From Octopus bimaculoides (Eukaryota), in assembly GCF_001194135.2 (NCBI RefSeq), contig NC_068986.1, forward strand, positions 53,734,215-53,798,214: a stretch of 64,000 nucleotides of DNA, given 5' to 3'. The notes under the pieces were generated by a model. That model had not been told where the DNA came from. It did not search any database and saw only the letters and a list, made by a program, of their open reading frames with translations. Of the stretch, positions 12,301-24,700 are shown piece by piece; the first letter of the stretch is position 1, and each line of letters begins with the position of its first letter. Both the position numbers and the translations under genes were made by a program.

Positions 12301-15300
12301 TACATATACACACATACATGTATGTATGTGCATGCATATGTGTAAGTGCAGAGCCAGAAATATTCAACAGGGAGAAGAGGCATACTGAAAAACTATTTTA
12401 GGAATGATTGATCCATAGCTTTGGTGAGAACATCTGTCAAAGAACAGGGTATATAAGGACCTTTAAGTGTGGCAAGGACGCCCTAACTCCAGTACTACAT
12501 TGTTTTGTGGATGAGTTCAGGAAGACAAAGCCTAAGAAAGTTACTCCTTGAGAGAAAAACAAGCTGCAGTGGTTAGCTTTGAGGGCAAACCTGACAGATT
12601 GGATTTCTATTTGCCTCCTGCAGTTGAGAGGAGTTACCAATCTTCTTGAGTCACTCTTACAATAAGATCTACCTCCTTCACAGGGGAGATAGTGATATTG
12701 AGAAATGTGCACCTCCAATGAAGCTTTATTGCACAACCGAAATGATTGTTTGGCAGTCATGCTTTGATAATGGTTGATATTTTTGTGTTTCCTCTCATTT
12801 GGTGGGGAAACGGCTATGTTTTTTTTTTCTTTGACTCCTTGTATTATTAGAAAAATTATCTTTCGATTGATATATCATATAAGATATATATCATAGAAAA
12901 TGTGTAACCTTATGTCAATGCTAGAAATTATTATTATTATTGCACTTAGAGAAACTCTTAGGTTGAACATGTGTTGTATGAGCTGCATTACTATATTTAG
13001 TGGCTTTTTTGTAGAATGTAGAATGTACTTAGTATAATCAATTACTCAAAGATTACACATTAATTTGTAAGTCCTTTAGATGCTGATTCAGTATTTATTC
13101 GATGACATTGCCCCTAACACTTATGCGTGCGTATATGTGTGCATATGTATATGTGTGTGTGTATGTGTGCGCGCATGTGTGTGAGTGTGTGTGTGTGTGT
13201 GATTAGAAGATTGTTAATCAACCACACTATAGCCATCAGCCGAACAAAGCATCATGAGTGGATTTGGTTGGCTGATGGCTATATCATAGAAAAAAAAAGT
13301 AAAACAAAAAGCAAAGTTTATTAAAACTGTGCAGTTACAGTGTTCAAATTCTTGTTCAAATTCATACATTACAATATTTCAAATAGAACTCACAAAACAA
13401 GTTAAAATTATGCACACACACACACACACACTTCTTCACTTTATGAGTTTATTCAGGAGAAGCACCAGTACCTATGACTAAAACATGATCTCCAAAATTG
13501 ATATGATTTGTGCAGCTTTATGTTGCCTGAACATCTCTAAGTCAATGTCAGCAGGATGTTTATTGGTGTGAGGGAATTAAGAGTGTCGACACTGATGGTG
13601 ATCTAATCACTTAGCTGACTTGAACTGTCATAGGAGTGTAGAGAGTATGAAATATATGGCAACTGGTTTTGATTAGGCAATGGAAAAGGATCCGATAGAT
13701 ATAAAGATAGTGACAGCCTGGTAAAGACTGGCACTGGAGGTAAGAAAAAGGTCAACTATGTGTGGAGTGTTTGTGCATGAGTCAGGGACACAAGTGACAG
13801 TACTGTTGCAGTAAGTTCCTATTTGCATATGCATTGTTAAGAAAAAGTTTGCTTTCCAATCAGACGGTTTCAGATTCAGTTCCACAGTAAGGCACCTTGT
13901 GCAAGTGCTTTCTACTATGGTTCTGGGCTGACCAAAGTCTTGTGGGTGAACTTGGTAGACAGAAACTGAAAGAAACCAATCATGTGTGTGTGTGTGATCA
14001 TCATCATCGTTTTAACATCCACTTTTCCATGCTTGTATGGATCAGGTGGAATTCACTGAGAAAGCTTTTTTAAGATCTGATACCCTGTCTGTTGCCAACC
14101 CTCGACTGTTTTCAAACAAGATAATATTTCCTTATGATCTGACATGCTTTACATGGAAGACTGGAAATGAGGAACATCACGTGATGTCAAGACAAGGAAA
14201 CATACATACATACACACAAACACACATGTGTCCATGTGTGTGTGTTCTCCTTGCTTTGACATTACGTAATTTCCACAACTCTACAATGTGACCGTCATAG
14301 CAATATAATTTGCAGAACTATACGTGAGACATCTGCATGAGATTGAACATGTATATAGTTCTACCAATTATATTTGGAGTTATATTTCAAAAGTCTTCGT
14401 TTTGGCATGCCAAATGCCACTTACGTTCTGGCGTTTGCTGAATTTTCCTTTCAGTTTCCACCTATCAAATCTGCCTATAACATTTAAGTCAGTTTGTTTG
14501 GCAAACAGGTGGATTCAGATCCAATACCACTGTCCAGAACCTCAAGCAAATATCTACTATGTCCCTGGGTCAACCAGTGCCTTGTGAGTGAATTTGGTAG
14601 AAAGAAATTATGTGAAGGTCTGTCAAATGTATGTATATATGTTACATGGTTGGGTCATCAGTGACTAAACTGACAACCTCACCAAGTCTGGTGAGTAGGG
14701 TGGCTTTTGGTTTTGTGGGATGCAAAACAAAACCTGTCAAAGGGCAGATGAATTCAGGAGAATCAATGGCTATCCATTTAAAACCACCAGCAGTGAGGGA
14801 CCCCTGGCTGTTGTTGTAACATCTTTTGATGAGAGGGACACTCTGATGCAAAACGCGCAGTTTCACATGATTACCAGTTATCTCACTTCAACCTATCACT
14901 AGGTATTAACCATGGAGACTTAGAGAGTGGTACTCATGTTGTACAAGTATTTCTCACTATAATCCAATGGCCTACATATGTCTCTCTATGTTGGCCTCGT
15001 TTGTTATTCCATCTGCTGAAAATCCCATGGTAATGGAAGAGTGGCAACAGGTGCAGAACTTAACCAGCTGAAAAGTGCAAAGTTACAGAGATCTGCAGCA
15101 AGACTGAATAGTCATCTGAGAGATCATGGATGGAAAGTCAGTAATGCCATTGACAATGAGCCAGTGAAAAGAGACAGCAATCATCTGTTTAAATGGAGCT
15201 GTCACCATGTGTAGGTAGGTGTGAGTGTGTATATATGTGTCATTGTGTTTGTCTCTTACAGCTTGACAACTAGCGGTTTAACAGGGAGATTGATAGAATA

Positions 15301-17201
15301 CATACCAGACTTAAAGAAGAAAGTACTAGGGTCCATTTGACTGAATAAACTATTCAAGGCAGCATCTAACTGAAACCATTAAGAGTATACATATATGTGT
15401 GCATGCATATATATATATATATGCATACACACACCATATATATACATATATATAGACACACAGATAACAAACTATTTCAAATATATACATTGCGAAATGT
15501 ATGTTACAATATATGGTAAGTATTCTGCAAATCAATTGTGTAACTATAATTTATTTCCTCGTTGTAACTCTTTCTGTCTCATTGCCACACCAGCATTTTC
15601 CCATGGATTAATTATCACCATTAAGACCATGAATTGGAAAAAATCATTAGGATGTTAGGTAGAATACTATACAGTTTTGGGGGTTTTTTTTGTTGTTTTA
15701 TTTTTTGGCTCTCTGCACTCCTGTTGTGGCTTGTTTTGCCTTTCATCCTTTCATGGTCAATAAATGAAAAGTACCAGTCCAAAGCAGCAGATTGGCAAAA
15801 TTGTTGATGTAGTATATCTTGCAGTATCTCCCACAGCTCTTTGCATTCTGAAGAAAACACCTGCAAAAACAAGTGCACTGTTGTATCAGCCCTTGCCTTT
15901 CCCTAAGATAATGTTAGTGATGTGGAGACAAGAGACCTGCATGCATGGGCAACTCCTATTTATCTATAAATGAACCTTGAGTAGACCAGCACACAGGAGA
16001 GAAACTTTCCAGGTACATATAGAAAAAAAATCAGACATGATTGTAGCTATTTTTCAAATCTCCATTCTTTATAACTGACATTTAAGCCATGCCCAACCTA
16101 TCTTCTCTGGAACGTTATATTTAGGACCACTTTTCTTTTGATAATAGACTCAAATGTAAGATTTGGTTACATTTCTGTAAAGGCTCACTTATTGTCTCGT
16201 ATGTATATTTTATAAAGCTCTGTTACTTTCAGTGTGCAAAAGTGACTGTTGTTATTGTTGTTGAGCACCAGGTCAGTTCTGGTCAAGCAGGCTTATGGTA
16301 TATAGTTATTTGAGTGACAACAAGCATTCCAAATATCAGCACGACTGGACCTAACCTGGGGCTACACTTCAAAACACCAAAACTTAATGACTATTTTTCA
16401 GGGGCTTTTTCTCTTTCTCTTTTTTTTTTTTTTTTAGTTTTTGTGAAAATACAGCATCTATATAGAATATTATTTTTTTTTCTTTTTAGGTGGTGGATGA
16501 ACTTGGTATCTTTAAACATCTAATTGAATTTTAGTTGTTTTTCTCACATGAGTTATATTTCCTTTGATTTAATTTTTACACTTGTAATATAGAAATAACA
16601 TCAATTGAACAAAATAATAACCAGGTAACTTTAATTATTTCTACCAACATTAGAATCACTACTAAAACAGCAATCACCACCAACCCCAACAGACTTAATA
16701 ATCATCACAATCACACATACTGGCAATAGTAATCAATACTCTCTCAAATTATACCCTACCACCTTGAAAAAAATTGGAAGAGGACATTGTATAATGTAGT
16801 TCTAGATACATATGTAAGTAAAAGATAGGATGGCCATAGCTGGAATGTCTGTGATAATAGACTCCTGGATCAAAGCTGACTTGCTGCTTAACAGCAAAGT
16901 CATAGAACTCAATCAGTGGAGTGACCAAGCAAGAAGCAGTTTACAGTATATTAAATATATAGTAACAAAGGTAGTCGGTAGTGAGCTCAGTCGCTACTTC
17001 AGGGTCTGACAATCCTGCTTGACAATCATGTAGTGGTGTTCATTAATGCTCAGTGGCATGTCTTCTGGTTCTTCATGTTCTTAGTTCAAATTCTGCCTTA
17101 CATCTTTTTGGAGCCAATAAAAGAATGTATTAGTCAAGTATGGGAGGCAAGATAATCAACTCATCATCTCCCCCTAAAAAATTACAGGTCTTCTGCCAAT
17201 T

Positions 17202-17245
<44 letters not shown>

Positions 17246-19600
17246 AAGGGTAGATGATAGATAGCAGAATCAGTAGCAGGATACACAAAATGTGTTGCAG
17301 TTTTGGATTATGACTCTTTATATACGAAGTTCAAATCCTGTTATGGTTGACTTTACCCTACAGTCTTCTGGGGCTGATAAAATAAATATGCTATGCACTA
17401 GTAGTGACTAAATCACTTCTACATTTTCCCTCATAATATCTAGACTTGTACCTACATTGGGAATTATCTACCAATATTCAGTCTGTCACAGTCTTTGACA
17501 GTTCATGTCAAACAACCATTACAACAGAATGTAATCTGAGTATTAAGCTTTCAATAACCTTTAGCTATGGAATGAAATGAAAAATAAACATTATCAAGAT
17601 TGAAGCTAAGATAAAACAAGTTTGATTTTATACTTTAAGCAACATTAACTATGGAACACAAAATATTTAGCATAATGAAACAATGTTATGAAGATCTATT
17701 AAATTTATGGAACAAAATAGAAAAAAAAATGAAAATCCACAAAATGTGGAATTTCACTGGTCCTGTTAGTTAATATCAACATGGTTGAGAATGCTAGATA
17801 TTGTTGAGTAGGGGTCAAAATTACTAACAATATTTAGTTACATCCTTTTATGGTCTGAGTTAAAATCATGTCAGGTTCAACTCTGATCTCTATCCTTCCA
17901 GGTAGGAAATTTTAAATTCTAGAAACAGGTACTGCGGTTGTGTAACCCAACTACATCACTCATCAAAAACATGCATAATGATTTTAAAAAATCATTATTA
18001 TTAAAAGGACTATGAATGAACAAAATGCCATACAATTTAGTTAGGATTTTTTTTTTATATATGTTCTGTGTTCAAATCATTCAAGAGTCAGATCTCTCAA
18101 TTTGTGTCTAAGTAATTATTATTAGCAGTTCTGTATTAGAGGATATCAAGTCTCTGGTAAAACAGATATCACATACTCAGTGAATAACAGTAGTTCCCTT
18201 CCCTTTTCCCTTCCACAAACTACTATACCTCACAGTGGGTAAAAAAAATATAGTCTTTTCTCTTTATTTATTTATTCTGTCACAATATATGAAAACATTG
18301 CAAGCAGTGCCAAATTTTTCAACCAATTGAAATCTCCAATAAAATAATAACAAAATAAAATAGAATTAAAGAAATCTAAATATTTGGAATGTATTATTTT
18401 GGAATGTCAAACAAACAAACAAATCAACATTTCAGGAGTAAAATAATTATTAGCTAGGTAAATGTTCAAATATTTCACATACAAATATAAGCAAATTCAA
18501 CATTATTAAAGGTATACTAACTGGCATCATATCTTTAACATATTCTTGAGAGAGAGAGAGAGAAAGAGACAGAGAAGGTGTTGTCTTTAATGAGATCATT
18601 CAGGGCATCCTTAGAGGAAATTAATAAATACTATTCAAGAAATATGGCACAACCATTACCAAAGAGCTAATCTTTAACAATGCAATGGTGCTAATAATTA
18701 ATAACAATAATAATTATTTCTAACATAGGCACAAGACCAGAAATTTAATGGAGAGGAAACAGTAAGTTAAATCTCTCCTCGGTGCTTGACAACTGGTTCA
18801 TTATTTTATCAAACCTAGAAGAATGAAAAAAAAAAAAAAAAAGCTAAACTTAGCAGGATTTGAACAGAGAAGGTGGAGAGGCAAAACAAATACTACAAGG
18901 TATTTTGTCCAATGTTGGGATGAATCAGCCCTAATAATGGTTTCCAATTTAGGAATAAGGCTAGAAATTTTGAGAGGAAGGTATTAGGTGATACCATTGT
19001 CTCCATACTTGAACGGTTCTTTATTTTATTGACCCTGAAGGAATGAAAGGCAAAATTGACCACAATAGGATATGAACTCAGAAGGCAAAGAGCTACAAGA
19101 AATACCACAAAGCATTCTTCCTAACACTCTAACACACCTTCCAGTTCATTACCTTATTCTGCCCAAATAATTAATAACCACTTCTAGTATAATCACAAAG
19201 CCAGAAAAAGGCAAAGTTGACCTCAACCAGATTTGAACTCAGAAGGCAGAGCCGGAACAAATTTATATGTGTGTGAGTGTGTGTGAAGGAGTGTGGCTTA
19301 GTGGTTAGGGCATTCGGCTCACAATCGTAAGGCCATGAGTTCAGTCCCCAGCAATGCAGTGTGTCCTTGAGCAAGACACTTTATTTCACATTGCTCCACT
19401 CAGCTAGCAAAAATGAATAATACCTGTATTTCAAAGGGCCGGCCTTGCCACACTTTGTGTCATGTTGAATATCCCTGAGAACTACGTTAAGGGTACATGT
19501 GTCTGTGGAATGCTCAGCGACCTGCACGTTATTTTTTAACAGGCAAGTTGTTCTGTTGACAGCTGGGACCCTCGTCATAACCAACAGAGTGCTCTTTATG

Positions 19601-19604
<4 letters not shown>

Positions 19605-19680
<76 letters not shown>
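19605..19680. repeat. (TA)n microsatellite, representative of many (TA)n, (CA)n, (GA)n, (ATT)n and (CAT)n tracts
   Basis: Read directly. Others include (CA)n ~1252-1294 and (ATT)n ~17200-17243. Confidence 0.95.
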
Positions 19681-19682
<2 letters not shown>

Positions 19683-22600
19683 CAGATATATGTATATAAG
19701 TATTTTCTAATATTTCCACCAATCTGAATTTTTTTTTTTAAAGAAACAAGATGTTTTTTAAGACTTTTGGTCACAAAAAAAACAAAAAAAACTTGTATTA
19801 AAGGTATACTAACAGGCATCATATCTTTAACAATAATGAAGAACAAAGCTGAGTGTGAAAGCAGCAGTGTTATTCAACATCAAGTTAACCCTGATCAAGT
19901 AACCCTAGGAACAAAGACTCTTCCACTTTTTAAGAGAGTAAGATTATCATTTGAAGGAAATTTGACTTTTTTCTTTTTCCTTTTTAGAGATCAAGTGACA
20001 TCAAATGGCTCTTTCACTGGTTGGTTAAACAAATTTCTAGTTTCAGTAGTGATGACTGCCACATGTTGAAGCATTTAGCTCTGATGATCCTAATTTAGAT
20101 TCTCTATGCGAGACAAATTCACTTCACTTACAAGTCTTTAGGGATGGCATAAATGTTACAATAACCCATTTGTCTCCTATCATTAAAAGCAATAATCAGT
20201 TCAGCATTGTTATCGTTTAGTTCCCAAGGATGCCCTACACTGAGCAAACTTATGATCAAAAACATTCTAGTTGTGACCATCCTGCATCTTCCCAGATACT
20301 GTGCACCACAATATGATTTCAAGGAAAACTGGCTGCCATTTCTAGTAGATTGAGTAAGAACACAGAGTATTCCTCATTGGCTGCCTCAAGTACATAGATT
20401 ATTAAGGAAATAGACTAATATTGACAGAATTACAGAAAGTACAAAAGAAACAGTTCTAAGGACAAAAAACTGGATAAAGTTTTCCAAACTGAGCTTTTGG
20501 AAGTAATCGACAGTTACAGTATACAAAGAAAACAGGGTAACGCCATTAGGAGAAGTTAGGATGAAATTACCAAGATCTACGATGTCTTTAACAGTTTCCA
20601 CCACAACAGCTAACTCTTCATAACTTCTCCTACTAATAGCATTACCCTATTCTCTTTCAATACTATATGATAACCATGTTGCCTGAGATATACCAGCACA
20701 TTATCATAATCAACAGAGTGAATACCACAGGTCTGAGAAGAGGGATGCATAATAAAGAGGTTCTAATAATGAGTAAAGACCTTGCAAGTTTAAGAATAGT
20801 AGTATCATTTCAAGCAAAACATCAGCTACACAGGCCTTACTAGTATGGGAGGGCATTCAAGTGTTATTAGCTCAGAACTTACTGATCTGGGAGATCATCT
20901 AAAAGCCATAGGTCAAGAACTTGCTTGTTTAGAGGGGAATCCAAGAGCTTGTTGGTCCAGGATGGCACCCAAAAGTTACAAGCCAAGTTACTGGTCTGAG
21001 AGAGTGCCCAAGAGTTGTTAGCCTAGCACTTATTGTTCTGAGATTGGCATCCAAGAGTTATAGACACAGCACTTGCAAGAGCAGAAAGTTTCCAAAGCCA
21101 CAGGCCCAACATATGCTGGCTTGAAAGGGTATCCAAGACCCAGCACTTCTTTCTCAGAGTAGATATTTTTTCTCAACAAGAGTAAATGTAAAGAATGGCA
21201 ATATTTCAATTATAGATCAGATAGACTAGTGACAGTTAGCAATAGTGGATTTTCTTTTTTCCTTGAATCTAGTAATGCAATTTGACAGAATGGTTCATGT
21301 AGTTTAGCCCCAAATCAGCCCAGATGAAACAAACCTAAGAGTGGTCAAAGGTATTCCAACTATGACTGATACATCTTTTTCAAACAAAACATTTAGGACT
21401 ACCTTTCCAATGTGACCTTCCATTTCTAATGGTAGTAAGGTGTGATTGAAGTAAACAGTACCAACTGCTGCCATTTCTAGACAGTACAGATGATGACAGT
21501 GATAATTTTCTGAGAGTATGTGATTATTTTCTACTCTGCTACTTAACCACTGTCTGATAAACTGCTGGTGCAGTAGCATGACAGTTCTTCAACTTGATAG
21601 ACTGAAGATTAAAATAGGTGTGCTATTTCAGATTTAAAAAAAAAAATTTCCTGTTAAATCAGATTTGGGTTTTGTAAAGGATCAGTAACTACTCAGATTA
21701 ATAATCATTCAAACACGGAAAAGGATCACCCATCTCAATGATACAGTTTTAGCGCAGGATAGCAAATGGCTGAATAGACAAGTGGCAAAGTAATTCTGTT
21801 TCTATATGGGATTCTTAATAGTTGGATCTATACAGTAGCATTTGGTGAAAGTCATTCGAAAGTTTGACACTATTTAATATTGATTTTGCCCAAAGTCAGC
21901 CCTAACTGAGCAGACCTATGATGAAAAACGCTCCAACTATGGTCTTACTGTCATTTTGCATGTCCAGGTATACATTATTCCATGTGTCCTTTCTTTCCAT
22001 TTGTCACCCTCAATAGGGTGTGATTTGTGAGAGAAGTCGCTATCTCTAGCAGGTTAAACAACTACACAGAAGTTCCTAAGTTGGCTTCAAACTATTAAGG
22101 ATGCTAGAGGTGGAAGATTTGAAAAGAGGAGGGTGGTATCATCAACATAGGAGTGTACAGTGTAGAAGAGTAGGTTGATAATGAAGTTGTAGTATGAGGG
22201 TCGTAAGGGAGAGGAGACGATAAGTCTTAGTGGAGACCTGAGTCAATGAGGTAATTCGACCCCCACCTTCCGCCACACAACAGATGCTAACAACCTACCA
22301 AATTCAAGTATTCAAACTCATTGTGTAATTCATAACCTGAGATTTTAAGAAAATTTGACTGGAAACTTGGTTGGTTTTTAATAACATTGAGTAGTATGAA
22401 AAGCCACGATCGAACGTATTCTAAGATCGTCTTCCTAAGTCAACTCCGAGCCAGCCTTATCAAACAAACACAGTTTTCGAAGCTGTTCCGACCATGACCA
22501 TCACGTTTGTTTGCATATTTTTCGGCAGTGGTGTATGTAAGAGAATTTGGCTGCTATTTCTAGCAGATAGAGCGATCACATGGAAGCTCCTCGAGTGTTG

Positions 22601-23492
22601 GAAACGGTTGGGCAATATTATAAGGAAAAGCTTATATTTCATGATGGGTGGATGGAACACAGAGTCACAAAGCTTCTTGGTTTTGGAACGAGTATCTTTT
22701 AGAGTGTGATAAACAATTCTAAAGCCAGTCACTCTGTTATACTAAATGTGAAGAATTTGTTTCATTTGACGACTTTAGATATTAATAAAAGAGGAAATGT
22801 TTATCGGTGGACGATAGCGTTGGAGATGGGGATGTGACAACCATGCTGGCTTTTGCAGCAGGGGGTATTGTTAGCAGAGCCATCTAGGTTAAAGAGTGTT
22901 GGCTGAGGTGACTCACCAAAATTGGTGAAGCTGCACTTGGAGAAAAAGACCAGAATGCAAGACTGCAATTGGAAGAATAACTTGTTGATCGACTAGTGGA
23001 CAAAGGAATTTCATATTCTTTCTTTGTTCTCATGGAAATATACACTTTTTAAAGGCATTTCATAAAACCAAACTTTTATGTGTACGTGAATATATATATA
23101 TATATATATATATNNNNNNNNNNNNNNNNNNNNNNNNNNNNNNNNNNNNNNNNNNNNNNNNNNNNNNNNNNNNNNNNNNNNNNNNNNNNNNNNNNNNNNN
23201 NNNNNNNNNNNNNNNNNNNNNNNNNNNNNNNNNNNNNNNNNNNNNNNNNNNNNNNNNNNNNNNNNNNNNNNNNNNNNNNNNNNNNNNNNNNNNNNNNNNN
23301 NNNNNNNNNNNNNNNNNNNNNNNNNNNNNNNNNNNNNNNNNNNNNNNNNNNNNNNNNNNNNNNNNNNNNNNNNNNNNNNNNNNNNNNNNNNNNNNNNNNN
23401 NNNNNNNNNNNNNNNNNNNNNNNNNNNNNNNNNNNNNNNNNNNNNNNNNNNNNNNNNNNNNNNNNNNNNNNNNNNNNNNNNNNNNNNNNNNN

Positions 23493-23530
<38 letters not shown>

Positions 23531-23595
23531 TGACCTAGGTGAGTTAGTAGGTAGCATGAAGGAAGTCAATGCGAATAAACAAAAAACAAACATAC

Positions 23596-24136
23596 CTTTC
23601 AAACTTTTTCTGTTAACATCAGCTCCTAATTTCAGTAAATATTCGGCAATATCTTTGTGGCCCTTATAGCATGAGATCATGAGGCAGGTATGGCCATGGC
23701 GATTAGCTATTTCTATATCGGCTTTATTGGCAACAAGATATTTCACAATTTCACTATGTCCATCGAAACAAGCTGCACGAAGAGGTGTGGAATTGGTAAA
23801 AGTTGTTTGATTAACTCCTGCACCTTTCTGTATGAGATACTGAACGATATCCAAGTGTCCAGCAGCCGCTGCACACCATAAAGGAGGAGCTCCTTCTATG
23901 GTCTCCCCATCGAAAATAACAGAACCGACTTGTTCCATGTCGGCATTGCATTCGCCAATTAGGTATCTGACGACATCCAAGTGTCCATTACGGCAGGCCA
24001 CGATCAAGGGAGTAGCCCCATTTGTTTTGGCCTTGACAAGTTTACATCTTTCTTCCATAGTCTTAGGATCCAAATGGGATTTTAGACGGGACAGTCTCCC
24101 GTCACGGGCTGCGTTATAGATACTCTTGGTCTCCAT
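23596..24136 (-). CDS. fem1c: fem-1 homolog (FEM1A/C-type ankyrin-repeat CRL2 substrate receptor), first coding exon (180 codons + 1 nt); remaining exon(s) not seen in window
   Basis: Translation METKSIYNAARDG...NGATPL...SVIFDGETIEGAPPLWCAAAAGHL...TNSTPLRAACFDGH...NRHGHTCLMISCYKGH...ADVNRKSLKG matches the FEM1A/C N-terminal ankyrin repeats as I recall them. Strong start context GGT-ATG-G. Donor AAAG|GTATGT at 23596/23595; the ORF tail MFVFCLF... is intron read-through. Confidence 0.95.
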
Positions 24137-24248
24137 ACCTCCCGACCCGAGATTTCTGAGCAGGTGTCATTGAGTGTTTGTATTCATCGAAGATATGGTG
24201 AGGGTGATGGTGAAGCTGAACTTAAGCAGCTGAGAGGAAATAAGAGTA
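24137..24248 (-). other. 5' UTR part of the fem-1 ATG-containing exon
   Basis: Minus strand shows a long poly-T tract followed by CAG (acceptor AG at 24250-24249), 112 nt before the ATG. Confidence 0.65.
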
Positions 24249-24448
24249 CTGAAAAAAAAAAAAAATTAATGGTTCTTATTTCAGTTCCTACACGACCAAC
24301 TTGGAAATAATCAAACGGTGTTTTAGATGTGGTGACAACAGAGTTGGTGCTTGCCTGGCGATCGAGGATCGATTACTATGTCTAGGACAGTGTCATTCAG
24401 GAATTAGAATTATAGTCTCCCGATGTCAGGCTGTCCCTTAGGAATTAC

Positions 24449-24700
24449 CAGGTAAATTGTAGGGAGCAGCAGCCGATACAGAAAGACGATAAGGATGGAT
24501 AAATGGATGACAAGAGGGGAGCCACAATCGAAATAAATATGGCGTGCAGTTTACATCCGCTAGATGAGATCCAAACGGAGGCTGCTGCTGCTGTTGTTGC
24601 TACTTATGTTGCTGCTACTATTGTTGCTGATAATGATGATGATTATGCTGATGATGATTATGCTGATGATGACGATACTGCTGCTGCTGCTGCTAATTGA
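24449..24700 (-). other. Putative non-coding first exon of fem-1 (5' boundary uncertain)
   Basis: Good donor CTG|GTAATT at 24449/24448 gives a 200-nt intron to the acceptor at 24249. Region is CpG-retaining and contains (GCA)n/(TCA)n repeats. Confidence 0.45.
24586..24695. repeat. Compound trinucleotide repeat (GCT/GTT/GAT)n
   Basis: Read directly; produces the poly-A/D ORF 24503..24700. Confidence 0.9.

Noticed and set aside
12437-12760. 107-aa minus ORF in a coding-looking block
   Set aside because: No recognisable family in any frame; only vague resemblance to a LINE C-terminus on the plus strand.
16990-17040. Minus-strand TPLHDC resembling the NTALHDC expected at the start of fem-1 exon 2
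   Set aside because: Preceded by an in-frame stop, has no AG acceptor, and the following residues do not match FEM1.
20386-20604. 72-aa ORF with a hydrophobic C-terminus
   Set aside because: Non-ATG start, no splice or homology support; could arise by chance in AT-rich DNA.
24503-24700. Poly-Ala/Asp ORF
   Set aside because: Product of the trinucleotide repeat, antisense to the fem-1 leader.
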